Shown: in pieces, positions 18,762-31,332 of the stretch
Layout: every line of letters starts with the position of its first letter
Position numbering within the stretch: position 1 is the first letter of the stretch
DNA from: Alphaproteobacteria bacterium
GTDB lineage: Bacteria; Pseudomonadota; Alphaproteobacteria; Rhizobiales; CAJQND01
Direction of reading: 5' to 3'
DNA length: 64,000 nt
NCBI GenBank assembly: GCA_024227565.1
Contig: JAAEUE010000333.1
Span: forward strand, 10,893 to 74,892
Translations under genes and position numbers: made by a program
Notes under the pieces: model-generated
What the model saw: the letters and a program-made list of their open reading frames with translations, nothing else
Databases searched by the model: none
Told to the model about the DNA's origin: nothing

Positions 18762-19649
18762 TCAACCGTCCTGCAGGAACGGCAAGAGTTGTCTCAAAAC
18801 CGCGTCAGGGTCTTCCTCGGCGAGATAATGGCCGGTCGGAACGGCATTTCCGGTTGGAGGTGAGGTGCAATACGGCGCCCACACATCCAGCGGGTCATAC
18901 CATTGCTCGATCTTGCCCTTGGCGCCCCATAGAACCAGCACAGGGCAGGCGATCTTCTCCCCGTCCGCACGGCTCAGCCGGTCATGCTCCAGATCGATGG
19001 TGGCCGCGGCGCGGTAGTCTTCGCACATCCCGGTGATCATCTCTGGCGTGCGCACGGCTGCCAGGTAGTCATCAAGGGCGTCCGGGTGGAAAAAGTCATC
19101 GCCTTTGGGCTCGCGTGACGTGTGCGCTCGAAACCAAGCGTCCGGCGCAGCGCTGATCACATTCTCTGGGAACGGATGTGGCTGGGCCAACCAGAACCAA
19201 TGATAATAGCCCATGGCGAAGGCCATATCCGCCCGCTCAAAATGTTCCAGCGTGGGGATGATGTCCAACAATGCCGCCTTGCGCACCTGTGCGGCAAAAT
19301 CCAGCGCCAAGCGGTGTGCAACCCGCGCGCCGCGGTCGTGCCCGGCAACCGCGAAGCGGTTATGACCAAGCTGGGCCATGAGCGCGGCCATATCGCCGGC
19401 CATCGCACGTTTCGAATAGGCCGCATGGCCAGGTGATGCAGGCGCTTTGAAGGAACCGCCATAGCCAGGCAGATCAGGGCACACCACGGAGAACGACTGC
19501 GCCAGGGCTGGGGCCACCCGGTGCCACATGGCATGGGTTTGCGGGTTCCCGTGCAGCAACAAAAGCGCGGGTCCCCGGCCACCAAGGCGAACCCGCAAGC
19601 GCCCATGCGGGACGTCAATATGACAAAGCTCAAAACCCTCAAAGATCAT
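18762..19649 (-). CDS. Haloacetate/fluoroacetate dehalogenase-like alpha/beta hydrolase
   Basis: LHGNPQT, GHDRGAR nucleophile motif, YYHWF, CEDYRA and GHYLAEE. Confidence 0.85.
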   Translation of the reverse strand: MIFEGFELCHIDVPHGRLRVRLGGRGPALLLLHGNPQTHAMWHRVAPALAQSFSVVCPDLPGYGGSFKAPASPGHAAYSKRAMAGDMAALMAQLGHNRFAVAGHDRGARVAHRLALDFAAQVRKAALLDIIPTLEHFERADMAFAMGYYHWFWLAQPHPFPENVISAAPDAWFRAHTSREPKGDDFFHPDALDDYLAAVRTPEMITGMCEDYRAAATIDLEHDRLSRADGEKIACPVLVLWGAKGKIEQWYDPLDVWAPYCTSPPTGNAVPTGHYLAEEDPDAVLRQLLPFLQDG

Positions 19650-19753
19650 GCGGTCGTTATAACAGTTTAGGGGTTATTTGCATTTGACACGTCGCGATTT
19701 GGCGGTAGTTTTCGTCTACCGGGGCAGATGGGGACAGCGTTTGGGAGGCTGGA

Positions 19754-20299
19754 GTGGGCGTAATTTCTGAAGTCGAAGAGATGATCGACAAAAAAGGATC
19801 GGATCTCTATGGCAGCGAAGCGGTTACACAGCGCGAACATGCGCTGCAATGTGCGGCTCTGGCCGAGGTGGAAAATGCACCGGCATCGCTGATCGCGGCG
19901 GCGTTGCTGCACGACATCGGGCATTTGTTGGAGAAAGATTTTGAGGCCGGGATGCGCAACGGCGAGGACCGGTTCCACGAAAACTTGGGTGAGATCTATC
20001 TGAAGTCACATTTTGGGCCCGAGGTCACCGAGCCGGTGCGCATGCATGTGGATGCAAAGCGGTATCTGTGTGCCACGGATCCCGAGTATTTTTCCAAACT
20101 CTCGCCCGCATCAGTCCACACCTTGCGCCTGCAGGGCGGTCCGATGAACGAGGAAGAAGCCGAAGCGTTTATCGCCCAGCCTTATGCCAAGGATGCGGTG
20201 CGGCTGCGGATTTGGGATGATTGCGGCAAGGATCCGCAGATGAAGACCGAACCGGTTGACTACTATCTCTCCTACGTCAACCAGTGTGTCCAGTCTTGA
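19754..20299 (+). CDS. HD-domain di-iron oxygenase, PhnZ/TmpB-like
   Basis: YG.EAVTQ.EHALQ, LLHDIGH, HE.LG, HV.AKRY, LQGGPM and LR.WDD.GK. Confidence 0.8.
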   Translation: MGVISEVEEMIDKKGSDLYGSEAVTQREHALQCAALAEVENAPASLIAAALLHDIGHLLEKDFEAGMRNGEDRFHENLGEIYLKSHFGPEVTEPVRMHVDAKRYLCATDPEYFSKLSPASVHTLRLQGGPMNEEEAEAFIAQPYAKDAVRLRIWDDCGKDPQMKTEPVDYYLSYVNQCVQS

Positions 20300-21178
20300 T
20301 CAGCTCTTGAGCAGGGCGTTCAAAGCCTCGCGAAACTCCGGTTCGATGTCGGGACGGTCCAGGCCATAGGCCACATTGGCCATGAGGAAGCCGACCTTGT
20401 TTCCGCAATCAAATGTGGTGCCGTCAAATTTGACCCCGTAGAACGACTGGTGCGCCATCAGGCGGATCATGGCATCGGTAATTTGGATCTCGCCGCCGGC
20501 GCCGGGCTTTTGAGCTTCGATTTCAGCGAACACCTCGGGCTGCAGAATATAGCGCCCGGAAATGATGTAGTTTGAAGGCGCCTCGTTCTGGGCGGGTTTT
20601 TCAACCATCTCATTTATCGAGAACGCGGTGTCCGACAAGGTTTCGCCCACTCCCACAATGCCATAGTTGGAAACCTGGTCATGCGGCACTTCTTCAACCG
20701 CAATGATGTTGCCGCCGCGCTCTTCATATGTGGCGGTCATTTGAGAGAGACAGCCGGGTGCTCCCTTCATCAGCATGTCCGGAAGCACCAGGGCGAACGG
20801 TTCATCACCCACCAGCTTGCGGGCACACCAGACCGCATGGCCAAGCCCAAGAGGCTCCTGCTGGCGCGTGAAGCTGGCCTGGCCGGCTTGCGGAAGGTCG
20901 CTGGCGAGGATCTCCAATTGTTCGTTCTTGCCGCGGGCAGCCAACGTTTCCTCAAGCTCAAACTGCTTGTCGAAATGATCCTCGATCACGCCCTTGTTGC
21001 GGCCGGTCACGAAGACGAAATGTTCAACTCCGGCCTCGCGGGCCTCATCGACGGCAACCTGGATCACCGGTCGGTCGACAATGGTCAGCATCTCTTTGGG
21101 CATGGCTTTGGTGGCCGGCAGAAACCTGGTTCCCAGGCCTGCAACGGGAAACACAGCGGTCTTAATCGGTCGGGGCAT
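20300..21178 (-). CDS. galU: UTP-glucose-1-phosphate uridylyltransferase
   Basis: [25 protein letters not shown] and GGEIQITDA. Confidence 0.95.
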   Translation of the reverse strand: MPRPIKTAVFPVAGLGTRFLPATKAMPKEMLTIVDRPVIQVAVDEAREAGVEHFVFVTGRNKGVIEDHFDKQFELEETLAARGKNEQLEILASDLPQAGQASFTRQQEPLGLGHAVWCARKLVGDEPFALVLPDMLMKGAPGCLSQMTATYEERGGNIIAVEEVPHDQVSNYGIVGVGETLSDTAFSINEMVEKPAQNEAPSNYIISGRYILQPEVFAEIEAQKPGAGGEIQITDAMIRLMAHQSFYGVKFDGTTFDCGNKVGFLMANVAYGLDRPDIEPEFREALNALLKS

Positions 21179-21343
21179 GGGCTAATCCTCGGCGGCGGGT
21201 CAATGTTTGGTCATGCTGATCTGAGACACTCGGTTAACCAAATGTAAACAGACCGCTCCTAAGACAAATTGATCGGAAATGTTTTTACGCGCGAGGGGGT
21301 TAAGGGCACGTAATCTCTCGCCAAAAAAGGACGATTTAGAGAC

Positions 21344-22339
21344 ATGAGCGTATTGGTAACTGGGGGCGCTGGATACATAGGCAGCCACATGGTGCTCGCG
21401 CTCATGGACGCCGGCCAGGATGTCTGTGTGATCGATAACCTGACCACCGGCTACCGCTGGGCCATCCCTCAGGAGGTCACGTTCATCGAGGCAGATGTAG
21501 GCGATGAGGCCGCGGTTTCTGCCGCTATCGAGCAGCATGGCGTGGATGCGGTTGTGCACTTTGCCGGCTCAATTGTGGTGCCGGAATCAGTGTCCGATCC
21601 ATTGGGCTACTATCACAACAACACGGTGAACTCGCGCAGCCTGATCGAAACCTGCGTGAAGACCGGTGTGAAGAACATGATCTTTTCCTCCACCGCCGCC
21701 GTCTATGGCACGCCGGAAGTCAGCCCGGTGACTGAAGCCACGCCGACAGAGCCAATCTCACCTTATGGTGCCTCCAAGTTGATGACGGAATGGATGTTGC
21801 GGGACACCGCTTTTGCCCATGATTTCAACTATGTAGCCTTACGCTACTTCAACGTTGCCGGCGCCGATCCAAAAGGCCGCTCGGGCCAGTCAAACCCCGC
21901 CGCCACTCATTTGCTGAAGGCCCTGATGCGCACAGCTCTGGGCATCAGTGACCATATGAAGATTTTCGGCCGCGATTACGACACGCGCGACGGCACCTGC
22001 ATCCGCGACTATATCCATGTGTCCGATCTCATCGGCGCCCATCTGGCGGCTTTGAAATACCTTCGCGGCGGCGGCGAAAGCGGCATCTTCAACTGCGGCT
22101 ATGGCCATGGCTGCACGGTGCTTGAAGCCATCGATGCGGTTGAGCGGGTGCTGCAGCAGAAAATCAATGTGGTGGATGCCGATCGCCGGGCCGGAGATCC
22201 GCCCGAGCTGGTGTCTGTGGCCGACAAGGCAAGAAAAGTTCTCGGCTGGACGCCGCAATACGACAATTTGGATGTGATCGTTCAGACCGCCTATGCTTGG
22301 GAGCAAGCTTTGACCGCCCGCATTGATGCGGCGGAGTAA
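21344..22339 (+). CDS. galE: UDP-glucose 4-epimerase
   Basis: GGAGYIGSH, FSSTAAVYG, YGASK, LRYFNVAGA and RDYIHV. Confidence 0.95.
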   Translation: MSVLVTGGAGYIGSHMVLALMDAGQDVCVIDNLTTGYRWAIPQEVTFIEADVGDEAAVSAAIEQHGVDAVVHFAGSIVVPESVSDPLGYYHNNTVNSRSLIETCVKTGVKNMIFSSTAAVYGTPEVSPVTEATPTEPISPYGASKLMTEWMLRDTAFAHDFNYVALRYFNVAGADPKGRSGQSNPAATHLLKALMRTALGISDHMKIFGRDYDTRDGTCIRDYIHVSDLIGAHLAALKYLRGGGESGIFNCGYGHGCTVLEAIDAVERVLQQKINVVDADRRAGDPPELVSVADKARKVLGWTPQYDNLDVIVQTAYAWEQALTARIDAAE

Positions 22340-22425
22340 GATTTTCTCATTTTTCTTGGGACTGAATCGGCATAGTTCTGGTACATGCCCAAAAATCTTC
22401 TCATTATCACTCTAGCGAGACGTTC

Positions 22426-23673
22426 ATGCTGAAGATACGCAGCGAAATTCTGTCAGTTTTGGCGTTGGCTCTGATATGGGCCGGGCTGATGGGCGGCCTC
22501 GCGCCGGCGCCCGCTCAGGCCGAAGGTTGGACCTACAACAAAGCGGCCTTTGCACGCTTCCTCAAATCCATGCGGAACAGGGCGATCCGGCGCGGCGTAT
22601 CGCGCGGGGTGGTTGATGCTGCCTTCAGGAACCTGCGCCCAGACCCAGAAGTACTCAACCTGGCCAATTTCCAGCCGGAATTTAAGCTGACCGCCTGGGC
22701 GTATCTGGACAAAACCGTTTCAGATGTGCGCATCGCCAACGGCAAGAAGAATTACGCCGCGCAGCGCAAGCTGCTCGATGCCCTGGAGGCCCGATACGGG
22801 GTGCCCAAGCGTTACATCGTGGCCATTTGGGGCCTGGAAAGCCGCTATGGCCAGCGCAAGGGCGACATTCCCGTCATCCAGGCGCTCGCGACCCTCGGCT
22901 TCACCGGCAAGCGCAAGCGCTTTGGGCGCTCACAACTGATCGCCGCGCTTAAGATATTGCAGCGTAGGGATATTTCTCTTTCCAAGTTCACCGGCTCCTG
23001 GGCCGGCGCGATGGGCCACACCCAGTTCATTCCCACCACCTACAATGCCTATGCGGTGGACTGGACCGGCGACGGCACCCGCGATATCTGGAATTCGGTT
23101 CCGGACGCCCTGGCCTCGACCGCCCGTTACCTGAAGGTCTCCGGCTGGCGCAAGGGTGCGCCATGGGGCGAAGAGGTGAAGATACCGCGCAACTTCAACA
23201 CCCGCCGCGCAGGCATCAAGAAACGAAAACCCCGCCGGGTGTCGGAATGGATCAGGCTCGGTGTTAGACCCTTTGGTGGCGGTTCGTTCAGGGCCAAAAA
23301 GCGCGGTGCTTGGCTTATTTTACCTTCCGGCCGGCGCGGTCCGGCGTTTTTGGTGTATCGCAACTTCAGGGCCATCATGCGCTACAACAACTCGGTCAAA
23401 TATGCCTTGGCCGTCTCGCATTTGGGCGATCGCATCATCGGCCGCCCCGATTTTCGCGGCAAATGGCCCAGAACCGGCACGCCGCTCATGCTGGCCGGCC
23501 GCAAGGAGTTGCAGATCTATCTCACCAAGCTCGGACTCTATTCCGGTGAGATCGACGGCGCTGTCGGGCGCGAAACCGAAAAGGCCATCCGCAAATTTCA
23601 GCGGGCTAAGGGGTTGAAACCAGACGCTTATCCCTCTGTGGAGCTGTTGAACCGGTTAAAGTCTGGCGCCTGA
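22426..23673 (+). CDS. Lytic murein transglycosylase (MltB/SLT_2) with peptidoglycan-binding domain
   Basis: [31 protein letters not shown] and C-terminal DG..G..T..AIRKFQ. Confidence 0.92.
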   Translation: MLKIRSEILSVLALALIWAGLMGGLAPAPAQAEGWTYNKAAFARFLKSMRNRAIRRGVSRGVVDAAFRNLRPDPEVLNLANFQPEFKLTAWAYLDKTVSDVRIANGKKNYAAQRKLLDALEARYGVPKRYIVAIWGLESRYGQRKGDIPVIQALATLGFTGKRKRFGRSQLIAALKILQRRDISLSKFTGSWAGAMGHTQFIPTTYNAYAVDWTGDGTRDIWNSVPDALASTARYLKVSGWRKGAPWGEEVKIPRNFNTRRAGIKKRKPRRVSEWIRLGVRPFGGGSFRAKKRGAWLILPSGRRGPAFLVYRNFRAIMRYNNSVKYALAVSHLGDRIIGRPDFRGKWPRTGTPLMLAGRKELQIYLTKLGLYSGEIDGAVGRETEKAIRKFQRAKGLKPDAYPSVELLNRLKSGA

Positions 23674-23713
23674 CGTCTTGAGATCGGCACGATCATGTGA
23701 GAAGACCTTCCCT

Positions 23714-24856
23714 ATGATCGTCAGGCACATACGGACCCTTGTGATGGTGGCGCTGTTTTCAGCGCTGTATCCGGCTGCATCTTCAGCGCAGAAGGCCGAC
23801 AATTTGGAGCCGAAAGCCCCCTACAGTTACATCAAGGCTGAAAAGCCGAAATACGAAGTGTTTGTATTGGGCGATTCAATTGCTGCTGGTATGTGGGCCG
23901 GACTGCGCAGAATTACCAAAGGCGATCGGCGCCTGAACTTCAAAGGCCGCTACAAGGAGGAATCCGGTTTTGCCCGTCCTGACCGGTACGATTGGAACAG
24001 CGCGATCGAAAAACTGGCGACATCGCAGAACATCGACATTGCCATCATTATGCTGGGCGCCAATGACCGGCAAAATTTTAGGGATGCAAACGGAACCTTT
24101 CAATTTGGCTCCGACGAATGGCTGACATCCTACAAACAAGCACTCGACAAGTTCTTTGCTCAACTGAAACGGATTGGCGCTGCGGTTTACGTCGCCGGCC
24201 TGCCGCCAATGGCGCAGCCGGCCTATGACCGGGCTGCAAAGTTCATCAGCAATATTCAGCGTGAGCAGGCTGAAAAGCAGGGGATCAAATACATTCCCGT
24301 GCGCCGTGCCTTCACCAACAAGAAGGATCAGTTCGTTTGGGAAGGGCCCGACATCACGGGAGCTGTGCGCAGGTTGCGCGCCAAGGATGGCATCCATTTT
24401 TACAAGCGCGGAAACAACAAGCTTGCGGCCATCATTCTTGAGGTCATGAAAAAGGATCTGGAAGAAGCAGGCAAGAACATCGCTCCGGAGACGGCGCCAG
24501 AGACCGTTGTAGCCGTTACTGTTGAAGATGCCCAAGCCCAGGAAGGCGAGCCCAAGGCAGGAGAAGACGCTGCAACCGCCAGAGACTACCCGGTCTTTGG
24601 CCAGGAGGCCGAGCTGCAGCCGCTGCCGATCTCACCACCAGAACAAAAACGAACAGCACAGCGGACAGTGGGCAGCAGCCCCGGCTTGTCGAGCCGGACA
24701 TCTTATCAACCGGTGCTCGAGGACGTTGGGCAAGCTTTTGAATCGATCCGCCAAAGCACCAAGCCGGGCAGTCCCGCAGGGGATGCTTTCCGGCAAGGCA
24801 TTCTGCCCCTCCCGGTCAAGAACCGGGCCGACGATCATTCCTGGCCCAGAGGCTAA
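23714..24856 (+). CDS. SGNH/GDSL hydrolase family protein (DUF459-like)
   Basis: GDS, GAND and DGIH motifs plus a signal peptide. Start position approximate. Confidence 0.8.
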   Translation: MIVRHIRTLVMVALFSALYPAASSAQKADNLEPKAPYSYIKAEKPKYEVFVLGDSIAAGMWAGLRRITKGDRRLNFKGRYKEESGFARPDRYDWNSAIEKLATSQNIDIAIIMLGANDRQNFRDANGTFQFGSDEWLTSYKQALDKFFAQLKRIGAAVYVAGLPPMAQPAYDRAAKFISNIQREQAEKQGIKYIPVRRAFTNKKDQFVWEGPDITGAVRRLRAKDGIHFYKRGNNKLAAIILEVMKKDLEEAGKNIAPETAPETVVAVTVEDAQAQEGEPKAGEDAATARDYPVFGQEAELQPLPISPPEQKRTAQRTVGSSPGLSSRTSYQPVLEDVGQAFESIRQSTKPGSPAGDAFRQGILPLPVKNRADDHSWPRG

Positions 24857-24934
24857 GAGGCCCCACATTATTGTTATGGGCGAGCAACTTATCCTCGATC
24901 AGACATAATTGTCTGATCGGGGGTTGCTCTACAG

Positions 24935-26353
24935 CTATCTTGGTAATTCTGTGGATCCCATGAGATAGGCATCGATCGCATGCGCAGCCTGGCGGCCTTC
25001 GCGAATGGCCCAAACAACAAGTGACTGGCCCCGGCGCATATCGCCGGCAGAGAATATTTTTTCCCGCGACGACATGTAGGCCAGCTGGTCGGCCAGCACG
25101 TTGCCGCGCCCATCAAGCTCAAGGCCCAACTCTTCAATCATGCCGCCGTGAACCGGATGCACAAAACCCATGGCCAGCAGAACCAGATCGGCGCGAAGCT
25201 CAAACTCGCTGCCTTTCATCGGTTTCATGTTCCCGTCAACCTTGATGCAGTTGATGGCAGTGACGCGGCCGTCTTCGCCTTCAATCGATTCAGTCATAAC
25301 GGAAAAGTCTCGATCCGCGCCCTCGTCCTGGCTGGATGAGGTGCGAAATTTCAACGGCCAGTGAGGCCAGGTGAGGTCTTTGTCTTCTTTCTCCGGCGGC
25401 ACGGGCATGATCTCAAGCTGTGTGACCGACAGGGCGCCTTGGCGGAACGAGGTGCCGATGCAGTCAGAGCCCGTATCGCCACCACCAATTACGATAACGT
25501 GCTTTCCAGCCGCGCTGATGGACCCGCTCTCATCGAAGGGTTCGCCTGAAACACGGCGGTTTTGTTGCGGCAGGAAGTTCATGGCGAAATGGACACCATT
25601 CAATTCGCGCCCCGGCACCGGCAGATCCCGCGGTGCTTCAGACCCGCCGGTCAGCAACACGGCGTCGTGGTTTTCGTCGAGTTGCGCCGCCGTCACATCC
25701 TTGCCCACGTGCACCCCGCAGTGAAAGTTCACACCTTCAGCTTCCATCTGAAGCACGCGCCGGTCGATCAGATGCTTTTCCATTTTGAAATCGGGAATGC
25801 CATAGCGCAGAAGACCGCCTGCCTTGGCGTGCTTCTCGTAAAGGTGAACGTCGTGTCCGGCGCGGGCCAGTTGCTGTGCTGCGGCCATTCCGGCCGGGCC
25901 GGAGCCGACGACCGCCACCTTCTTACCTGTCTTGTTTTCAGGTGGCTTGGGCGTGATCCAGCCATTTGCCCAGGCTTTGTCGACAATTGCACATTCGATG
26001 GTTTTGATGGTCACCGGGTTGTCTTCAATGTTCAGCGTGCAAGAGGCCTCGCAAGGCGCCGGGCATATGCGTCCGGTGAATTCCGGGAAGTTGTTCGTGG
26101 ATTGCAGGTTCCTGGACGCCTCTTCCCAGTTTTTGTGGAACACCAGATCGTTCCAGTCGGGGATCTGGTTGTTCACCGGGCAACCATTGTGACAGTAGGG
26201 AATGCCGCAATCCATGCAGCGTGCCGCCTGGCGTTCCACATCGCGGTCTTCCAGCGGGATCATGAACTCGCGGTAGTTGCGCACCCGGTCAGCCGCCGGC
26301 TTGTAGGTGCGTTCTTGGCGCTCAATCTCAATAAAGCCTGTAACCTTACCCAT
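24935..26353 (-). CDS. gltD: Glutamate synthase small subunit
   Basis: [34 protein letters not shown] and [10 protein letters not shown]. Confidence 0.97.
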   Translation of the reverse strand: MGKVTGFIEIERQERTYKPAADRVRNYREFMIPLEDRDVERQAARCMDCGIPYCHNGCPVNNQIPDWNDLVFHKNWEEASRNLQSTNNFPEFTGRICPAPCEASCTLNIEDNPVTIKTIECAIVDKAWANGWITPKPPENKTGKKVAVVGSGPAGMAAAQQLARAGHDVHLYEKHAKAGGLLRYGIPDFKMEKHLIDRRVLQMEAEGVNFHCGVHVGKDVTAAQLDENHDAVLLTGGSEAPRDLPVPGRELNGVHFAMNFLPQQNRRVSGEPFDESGSISAAGKHVIVIGGGDTGSDCIGTSFRQGALSVTQLEIMPVPPEKEDKDLTWPHWPLKFRTSSSQDEGADRDFSVMTESIEGEDGRVTAINCIKVDGNMKPMKGSEFELRADLVLLAMGFVHPVHGGMIEELGLELDGRGNVLADQLAYMSSREKIFSAGDMRRGQSLVVWAIREGRQAAHAIDAYLMGSTELPR

Positions 26354-26358
26354 GACGC

Positions 26359-29300
26359 TTATTGCCCCCGCCTTAGACCAATGTTCATTTCACCCGTTTG
26401 GGCCTGCTGCACTTCCTGCAGGGCGCGGCGGAATTCCACCGGCATCACCTTCACAAACTTCGGCAGATACGTATCCCAGTCATCCAGGATCATCTGGGCG
26501 CGGGTAGAGCCGGTGTAACGGGTCTGGTTCTCTATGAGCTGATGCAATCGCTCAGCATCATACCGCGTCATGTCTGTCTGCACATCCACAAGGCCGTGAC
26601 GCTCAAGATCCGCGCCGCTCTGGTGCAGATTTTCAGAATGATCGGCTTCTTCGGCCACAGGCTCAAGGTCCACCATGGCCAGGTTGCAGCGCTGTTCAAA
26701 GTCGCCTTGTTCGTCCAGCACATAGGCAATCCCGCCTGACATGCCGGCAGCAAAGTTGCGACCGGTCTCGCCGAGCACAACAACGATACCGCCGGTCATG
26801 TATTCGCAGCCATGGTCACCGGTGCCTTCCACCACGGCAATCGCGCCGGAGTTGCGTACCGCAAAGCGTTCGCCGCCAATGCCTCGGAAATAACATTCAC
26901 CAGAAATCGCACCATAGAGCACTGTGTTGCCAACGATCATGCTCTCGTCCGGGTTAATCCCGCTGTCATCGGTTGGGCGGACGATCAGCTTGCCGCCGGA
27001 GAGGCCCTTGCCCACATAGTCATTGGCTTCGCCGATCAGGTCCAGGGTCACCCCATGGGCCACCCAGGCACCGAAGCTCTGGCCAGCCACGCCGGTGAGC
27101 GTGAACCAAATCGTATCTTCCGGTAATCCCTTATGGCCGTAACGTTTGGCCACTTCGCCCGACAGCATGGCGCCGGAGGTACGGTCTGTATTGCCGATCT
27201 TGAAACTCTTCTTAACAGCTTTGCGCTCTTCAAGCGCCGGCGCGGCGGCCGTGATGAACTTGCGATCCAAGATGTCGTGGATCGGGTGGTCCTGGCGATC
27301 CGAATTGTAGGTCGCGATGTCCTTGCCCACGTCCGGCTTGTAGAACAGGTTGGTGAAGTCCAATCCCTTGGACTTCCAATGCTCGGTCGCCGCTTTTGTG
27401 TCGAGCACATCAGATTGGCCGATCATTTCTGAGAACGTGCTGAAGCCCATTTCGGCCATCAACGAGCGCACCTCTTCGGCCACATAGAAGAAATAGTTCA
27501 CCACATGCTCAGGCTTGCCCCTGAAGCGCTTGCGCAGTTGAGGGTCTTGTGTGGCAACGCCTACGGGGCAAGTGTTGAGGTGGCATTTGCGCATCATAAT
27601 GCAGCCCGTGGCAATGAGCGGCGCGGTCGCGAAACCAAATTCGTCAGCCCCCAAGAGAGCGCCGATGACCACATCGCGCCCCGTTCGCAGGCCGCCATCC
27701 ACTTGAACTGCAATGCGGCCGCGCAGGTTGTTGAGCACCAGGGTCTGGTGGGTTTCGGCAAGGCCGATCTCCCAGGGAGAGCCTGCATGTTTGATGGAGG
27801 TGAGCGGGGAGGCGCCCGTGCCGCCTTCAAAACCTGAGATCGTCACATGATCTGCCCGCGCCTTGGAGACCCCAGCAGCAACTGTGCCAACCCCCATTTC
27901 GGAGACCAGCTTCACACTCACATCGCCAGCAGGATTGACGTTTTTCAAATCGTAGATCAGCTGAGCCAGATCCTCGATGGAATAGATGTCGTGATGCGGG
28001 GGCGGGGAGATCAGTCCCACGCCCGGGGTTGAATGGCGCACCTTGGCGATGGTGGCATCCACCTTGTGGCCCGGCAACTGGCCCCCTTCGCCAGGCTTTG
28101 CCCCTTGCGCCATTTTAATCTGCATCATGTCGGAGTTGACCAGATATTCCGTCGTCACCCCAAAACGGCCAGATGCCACCTGTTTGATGGCAGAACGCAA
28201 GCTGTCGCCGTTTTTCTTGGGCTTGAAGCGATCAACCTCCTCGCCGCCTTCACCGGTGTTCGATTTACCGCCGATCCGGTTCATGGCAATAGCCAAGGTG
28301 GTGTGGGCCTCACGCGAGATGGAGCCAAACGACATGGCTCCTGTCGCAAAGCGCTTAACGATCTCTGCGGCAGGCTCAACCTTGTCCAGGGGAATGGGCT
28401 TGCGGCCGATTTCCTTGGCATCGCGGATGCGAAACAAACCGCGCATGGTCATCAGCTGCGCGCTTTGTTCGTTAATGGTCTTGGCGAAGTTCCAATACTT
28501 CTCCGGCAGTTCGCCGCGCACTGCATGCTGCAGATCGGCCACCGCATCGGGCGTCCAGCTGTGGCTCTCGCCGCGAAGACGGAAGGCATATTCACCGCCC
28601 ACATCAAGCGCGGTTTCCAATACCGGGTTATGGCCGAACGCATCGGCATGCCGGCGGGCGGTCTCTTCGGCAATGCCATCGAGGCCAACCCCTTCAATGG
28701 CCGTATTGGTGCCGGTGAAATATTGCGCCACGAAGTCTGAAGACAATCCAACAGCGTCAAAGATCTGCGCGCCGCAATAGGATTGATAGGTGGAGATGCC
28801 CATCTTGGACATGACCTTCAAGATCCCCTTGTTCAGGGCCTTGATATAGCGCTTGGCCGCCTCTTCGGCGGTTAGATTAGTGTCTTCAATTTGCGGCAGC
28901 ATGCCTTCAAGGGTTTCGAATGCCAGCCAGGGGTTGATGGCTTCGGCGCCGTAGCCGGCGAGGGTGCAAAAATGGTGCACCTCGCGCGCTTCGCCGGTTT
29001 CAACCACCAGGCCAACCGAGGTCCTAAGGCCGCGCCGGATGAGGTGGTGGTGCACGGCAGAGGTCGCCAGCAGCGACGGGATCGCCACCCGGTCCGGGCC
29101 CATCAGGCGGTCGGACAGAATGATGATGTTGTAACCGTGAGCAACTGACGTCTCTGCGCGGTCGCATAAATTGTCCAGAGCCGTTTTCATGTAACTCGCG
29201 CCCCGGTCCACCGAGTAGGTGATGTCCAGAGTGGTGGTGAGGAACTGGTTGTCGGCAATGTCGCCAATGGCCCTCAATTTCTCCAGGCCCTCATTGTTGA

Positions 29301-31071
29301 TGATCGGTTGGCGCACTTCCAGGCGCTTGAGGGTCGATGTGCCTTCAAGGTCCAAAAGGTTGGGCCGCGGGCCGATGAAAGAGACCAGCGACATCACCAG
29401 TTCTTCGCGGATTGGATCAATCGGCGGGTTGGTGACCTGGGCAAACAACTGCTTGAAGTAAGTCGCCAGGTTCTTGGACTTTGAGGAGAGGGCTGACAAC
29501 GGCGTGTCTGTGCCCATGGAGCCGATCGCCTCCTGGCCCGTGTGGGCCATGGGGGTCAGCAGAAATTTTAGATCTTCCTGGGTGTAGCCGAATGCTTGCT
29601 GACGCTTCAGGAGAGAAACGTTGGAGCGCGGCGCAGAGCGACCCACCGGCGGCAGATCGCGCAGATGGATCTGGCTGCGCGCCAGCCACTCGGAGTAAGG
29701 GAAGCGTGTGGCGAGATCGGATTTCAGCTCCTCGTCAGAGATAATCCGGCCCTGCTCCAAATCGATCAGCAACATCTTGCCGGGCTGCAGGCGCCATTTG
29801 CGCACGATGTCTTTTTCAGGAATGTCGAGCACGCCCATTTCGGAGGCCAGCAACACCCGGTCGTCGGAGGTTTCAAGGAAGCGGCAGGGACGAAGACCGT
29901 TACGGTCCAGCGTGGCGCCAATCGCCCGGCCATCGGTGAAGGCAATGGCCGCAGGTCCATCCCAGGGTTCCATCAGCGAGGCGTGGTATTCGTAGAATGA
30001 ACGGCGGTTCTCATCCATCAACGGGTTGCCGGCCCAGGCTTCCGGGATCATCACCATCATGGCATGGGCCAGAGAGTATCCGCCTTGGGTTAGAAGCTCT
30101 AAGGCATTGTCAAAGCAAGCAGAATCCGATTGGCCTTCATACGAGATTGGCCAAAGCTTCTGCATGTCCTCGCCATAGATCGGCGAGGCCATGGTCGCCT
30201 GACGGGCGGCCATCCAGTTGAAGTTGCCGCGCAGGGTGTTGATCTCGCCATTGTGGCAGATCATCCGGTAGGGGTGGGCCAGGGGCCAGGACGGGAAGGT
30301 GTTGGTTGAAAAGCGCTGGTGCACCAGGGCAAGGGCCGACTCGACGCGCTCATCCTGCAGGTCCAGATAATAGCCCTTCAGGCCGGGGCCCAGAACCAGG
30401 CCCTTGTAAACAATGGTGCGGGCAGAGCAGCTCACGGGGAAGTAGTCAGGAACAGCGTCCGGGGTCGTCTTACGAAGACGGTTCGAGACCACCTTGCGCA
30501 TCACAAACAGCTTACGCTCGAAGGTGGTTTCGTCCGCGATGTCGGGCCCACGCCCAATGAACACCTGACGCTGGACCGGTTCGGCGGGTTTGACGGTTTC
30601 ACCAAGCACTGAATTGTCTACGGGCACATCCCGCCAGAACAAAACCTCCAGGCTTTCCTCCTTGGCCACCTCGGCGTAGGTGGCTTCGATGGCGGTGCAG
30701 TGATCCTCGTTGCGCGGCATGAACATGTGCCCAACGCCATAATGTCCCGGCTCTGGCAGGGCAAATCCAAGACGTTCTGCCTCGGCGGTAAAAAACTTGT
30801 GCGGCAGCTGGATCAAGATGCCAGCGCCATCGCCAGCTTTGGGGTCGGCGCCCACCGCGCCGCGATGCTCCAGATTGCACAGGATCGAGAAGCCATCTTC
30901 GACAATCGCACGGCTTTTGACGCCTTTGATGTTGCAGATCATGCCGACGCCGCAGGCATCGTGCTCGTTATGAGGGTGATAGAGCCCTTGTGGGTCTGGC
31001 AGGCCGGCGGGTTTGGGCGTTATTGCTTTGCCTGATCCAACTTGCTGATCTGGTTGATAACGCTCCGCCAT
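26359..31071 (-). CDS. gltB: Glutamate synthase large subunit
   Basis: HDACGVG (Ntn Cys), [19 protein letters not shown] and CHLNTCPVG. 1570 aa. Confidence 0.98.
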   Translation of the reverse strand: MAERYQPDQQVGSGKAITPKPAGLPDPQGLYHPHNEHDACGVGMICNIKGVKSRAIVEDGFSILCNLEHRGAVGADPKAGDGAGILIQLPHKFFTAEAERLGFALPEPGHYGVGHMFMPRNEDHCTAIEATYAEVAKEESLEVLFWRDVPVDNSVLGETVKPAEPVQRQVFIGRGPDIADETTFERKLFVMRKVVSNRLRKTTPDAVPDYFPVSCSARTIVYKGLVLGPGLKGYYLDLQDERVESALALVHQRFSTNTFPSWPLAHPYRMICHNGEINTLRGNFNWMAARQATMASPIYGEDMQKLWPISYEGQSDSACFDNALELLTQGGYSLAHAMMVMIPEAWAGNPLMDENRRSFYEYHASLMEPWDGPAAIAFTDGRAIGATLDRNGLRPCRFLETSDDRVLLASEMGVLDIPEKDIVRKWRLQPGKMLLIDLEQGRIISDEELKSDLATRFPYSEWLARSQIHLRDLPPVGRSAPRSNVSLLKRQQAFGYTQEDLKFLLTPMAHTGQEAIGSMGTDTPLSALSSKSKNLATYFKQLFAQVTNPPIDPIREELVMSLVSFIGPRPNLLDLEGTSTLKRLEVRQPIINNEGLEKLRAIGDIADNQFLTTTLDITYSVDRGASYMKTALDNLCDRAETSVAHGYNIIILSDRLMGPDRVAIPSLLATSAVHHHLIRRGLRTSVGLVVETGEAREVHHFCTLAGYGAEAINPWLAFETLEGMLPQIEDTNLTAEEAAKRYIKALNKGILKVMSKMGISTYQSYCGAQIFDAVGLSSDFVAQYFTGTNTAIEGVGLDGIAEETARRHADAFGHNPVLETALDVGGEYAFRLRGESHSWTPDAVADLQHAVRGELPEKYWNFAKTINEQSAQLMTMRGLFRIRDAKEIGRKPIPLDKVEPAAEIVKRFATGAMSFGSISREAHTTLAIAMNRIGGKSNTGEGGEEVDRFKPKKNGDSLRSAIKQVASGRFGVTTEYLVNSDMMQIKMAQGAKPGEGGQLPGHKVDATIAKVRHSTPGVGLISPPPHHDIYSIEDLAQLIYDLKNVNPAGDVSVKLVSEMGVGTVAAGVSKARADHVTISGFEGGTGASPLTSIKHAGSPWEIGLAETHQTLVLNNLRGRIAVQVDGGLRTGRDVVIGALLGADEFGFATAPLIATGCIMMRKCHLNTCPVGVATQDPQLRKRFRGKPEHVVNYFFYVAEEVRSLMAEMGFSTFSEMIGQSDVLDTKAATEHWKSKGLDFTNLFYKPDVGKDIATYNSDRQDHPIHDILDRKFITAAAPALEERKAVKKSFKIGNTDRTSGAMLSGEVAKRYGHKGLPEDTIWFTLTGVAGQSFGAWVAHGVTLDLIGEANDYVGKGLSGGKLIVRPTDDSGINPDESMIVGNTVLYGAISGECYFRGIGGERFAVRNSGAIAVVEGTGDHGCEYMTGGIVVVLGETGRNFAAGMSGGIAYVLDEQGDFEQRCNLAMVDLEPVAEEADHSENLHQSGADLERHGLVDVQTDMTRYDAERLHQLIENQTRYTGSTRAQMILDDWDTYLPKFVKVMPVEFRRALQEVQQAQTGEMNIGLRRGQ

Positions 31072-31332
31072 GTTCCGCCTCCACTTAACCCATCCAATAA
31101 ATCAGCCAAAAAGGTCCCTTTCGGGGCCTTCGTGCCCGGCTGGTATCCTCTGCCTTCGGGGAGGGTGAGGGGTTCATACAGCCGGCTTAAGGTGCGGCTG
31201 TCAGGCGTCCGTTTTATCGGCGCGCGCAGCCGCTGGGAACCGTTTGGACCGGTTGCATTTAACGCTATATGGCGCACAATACATCACAGCTTCATGACCA
31301 ATCTGGTGCCAGGTGGTTCTCATTTTTGGCTG

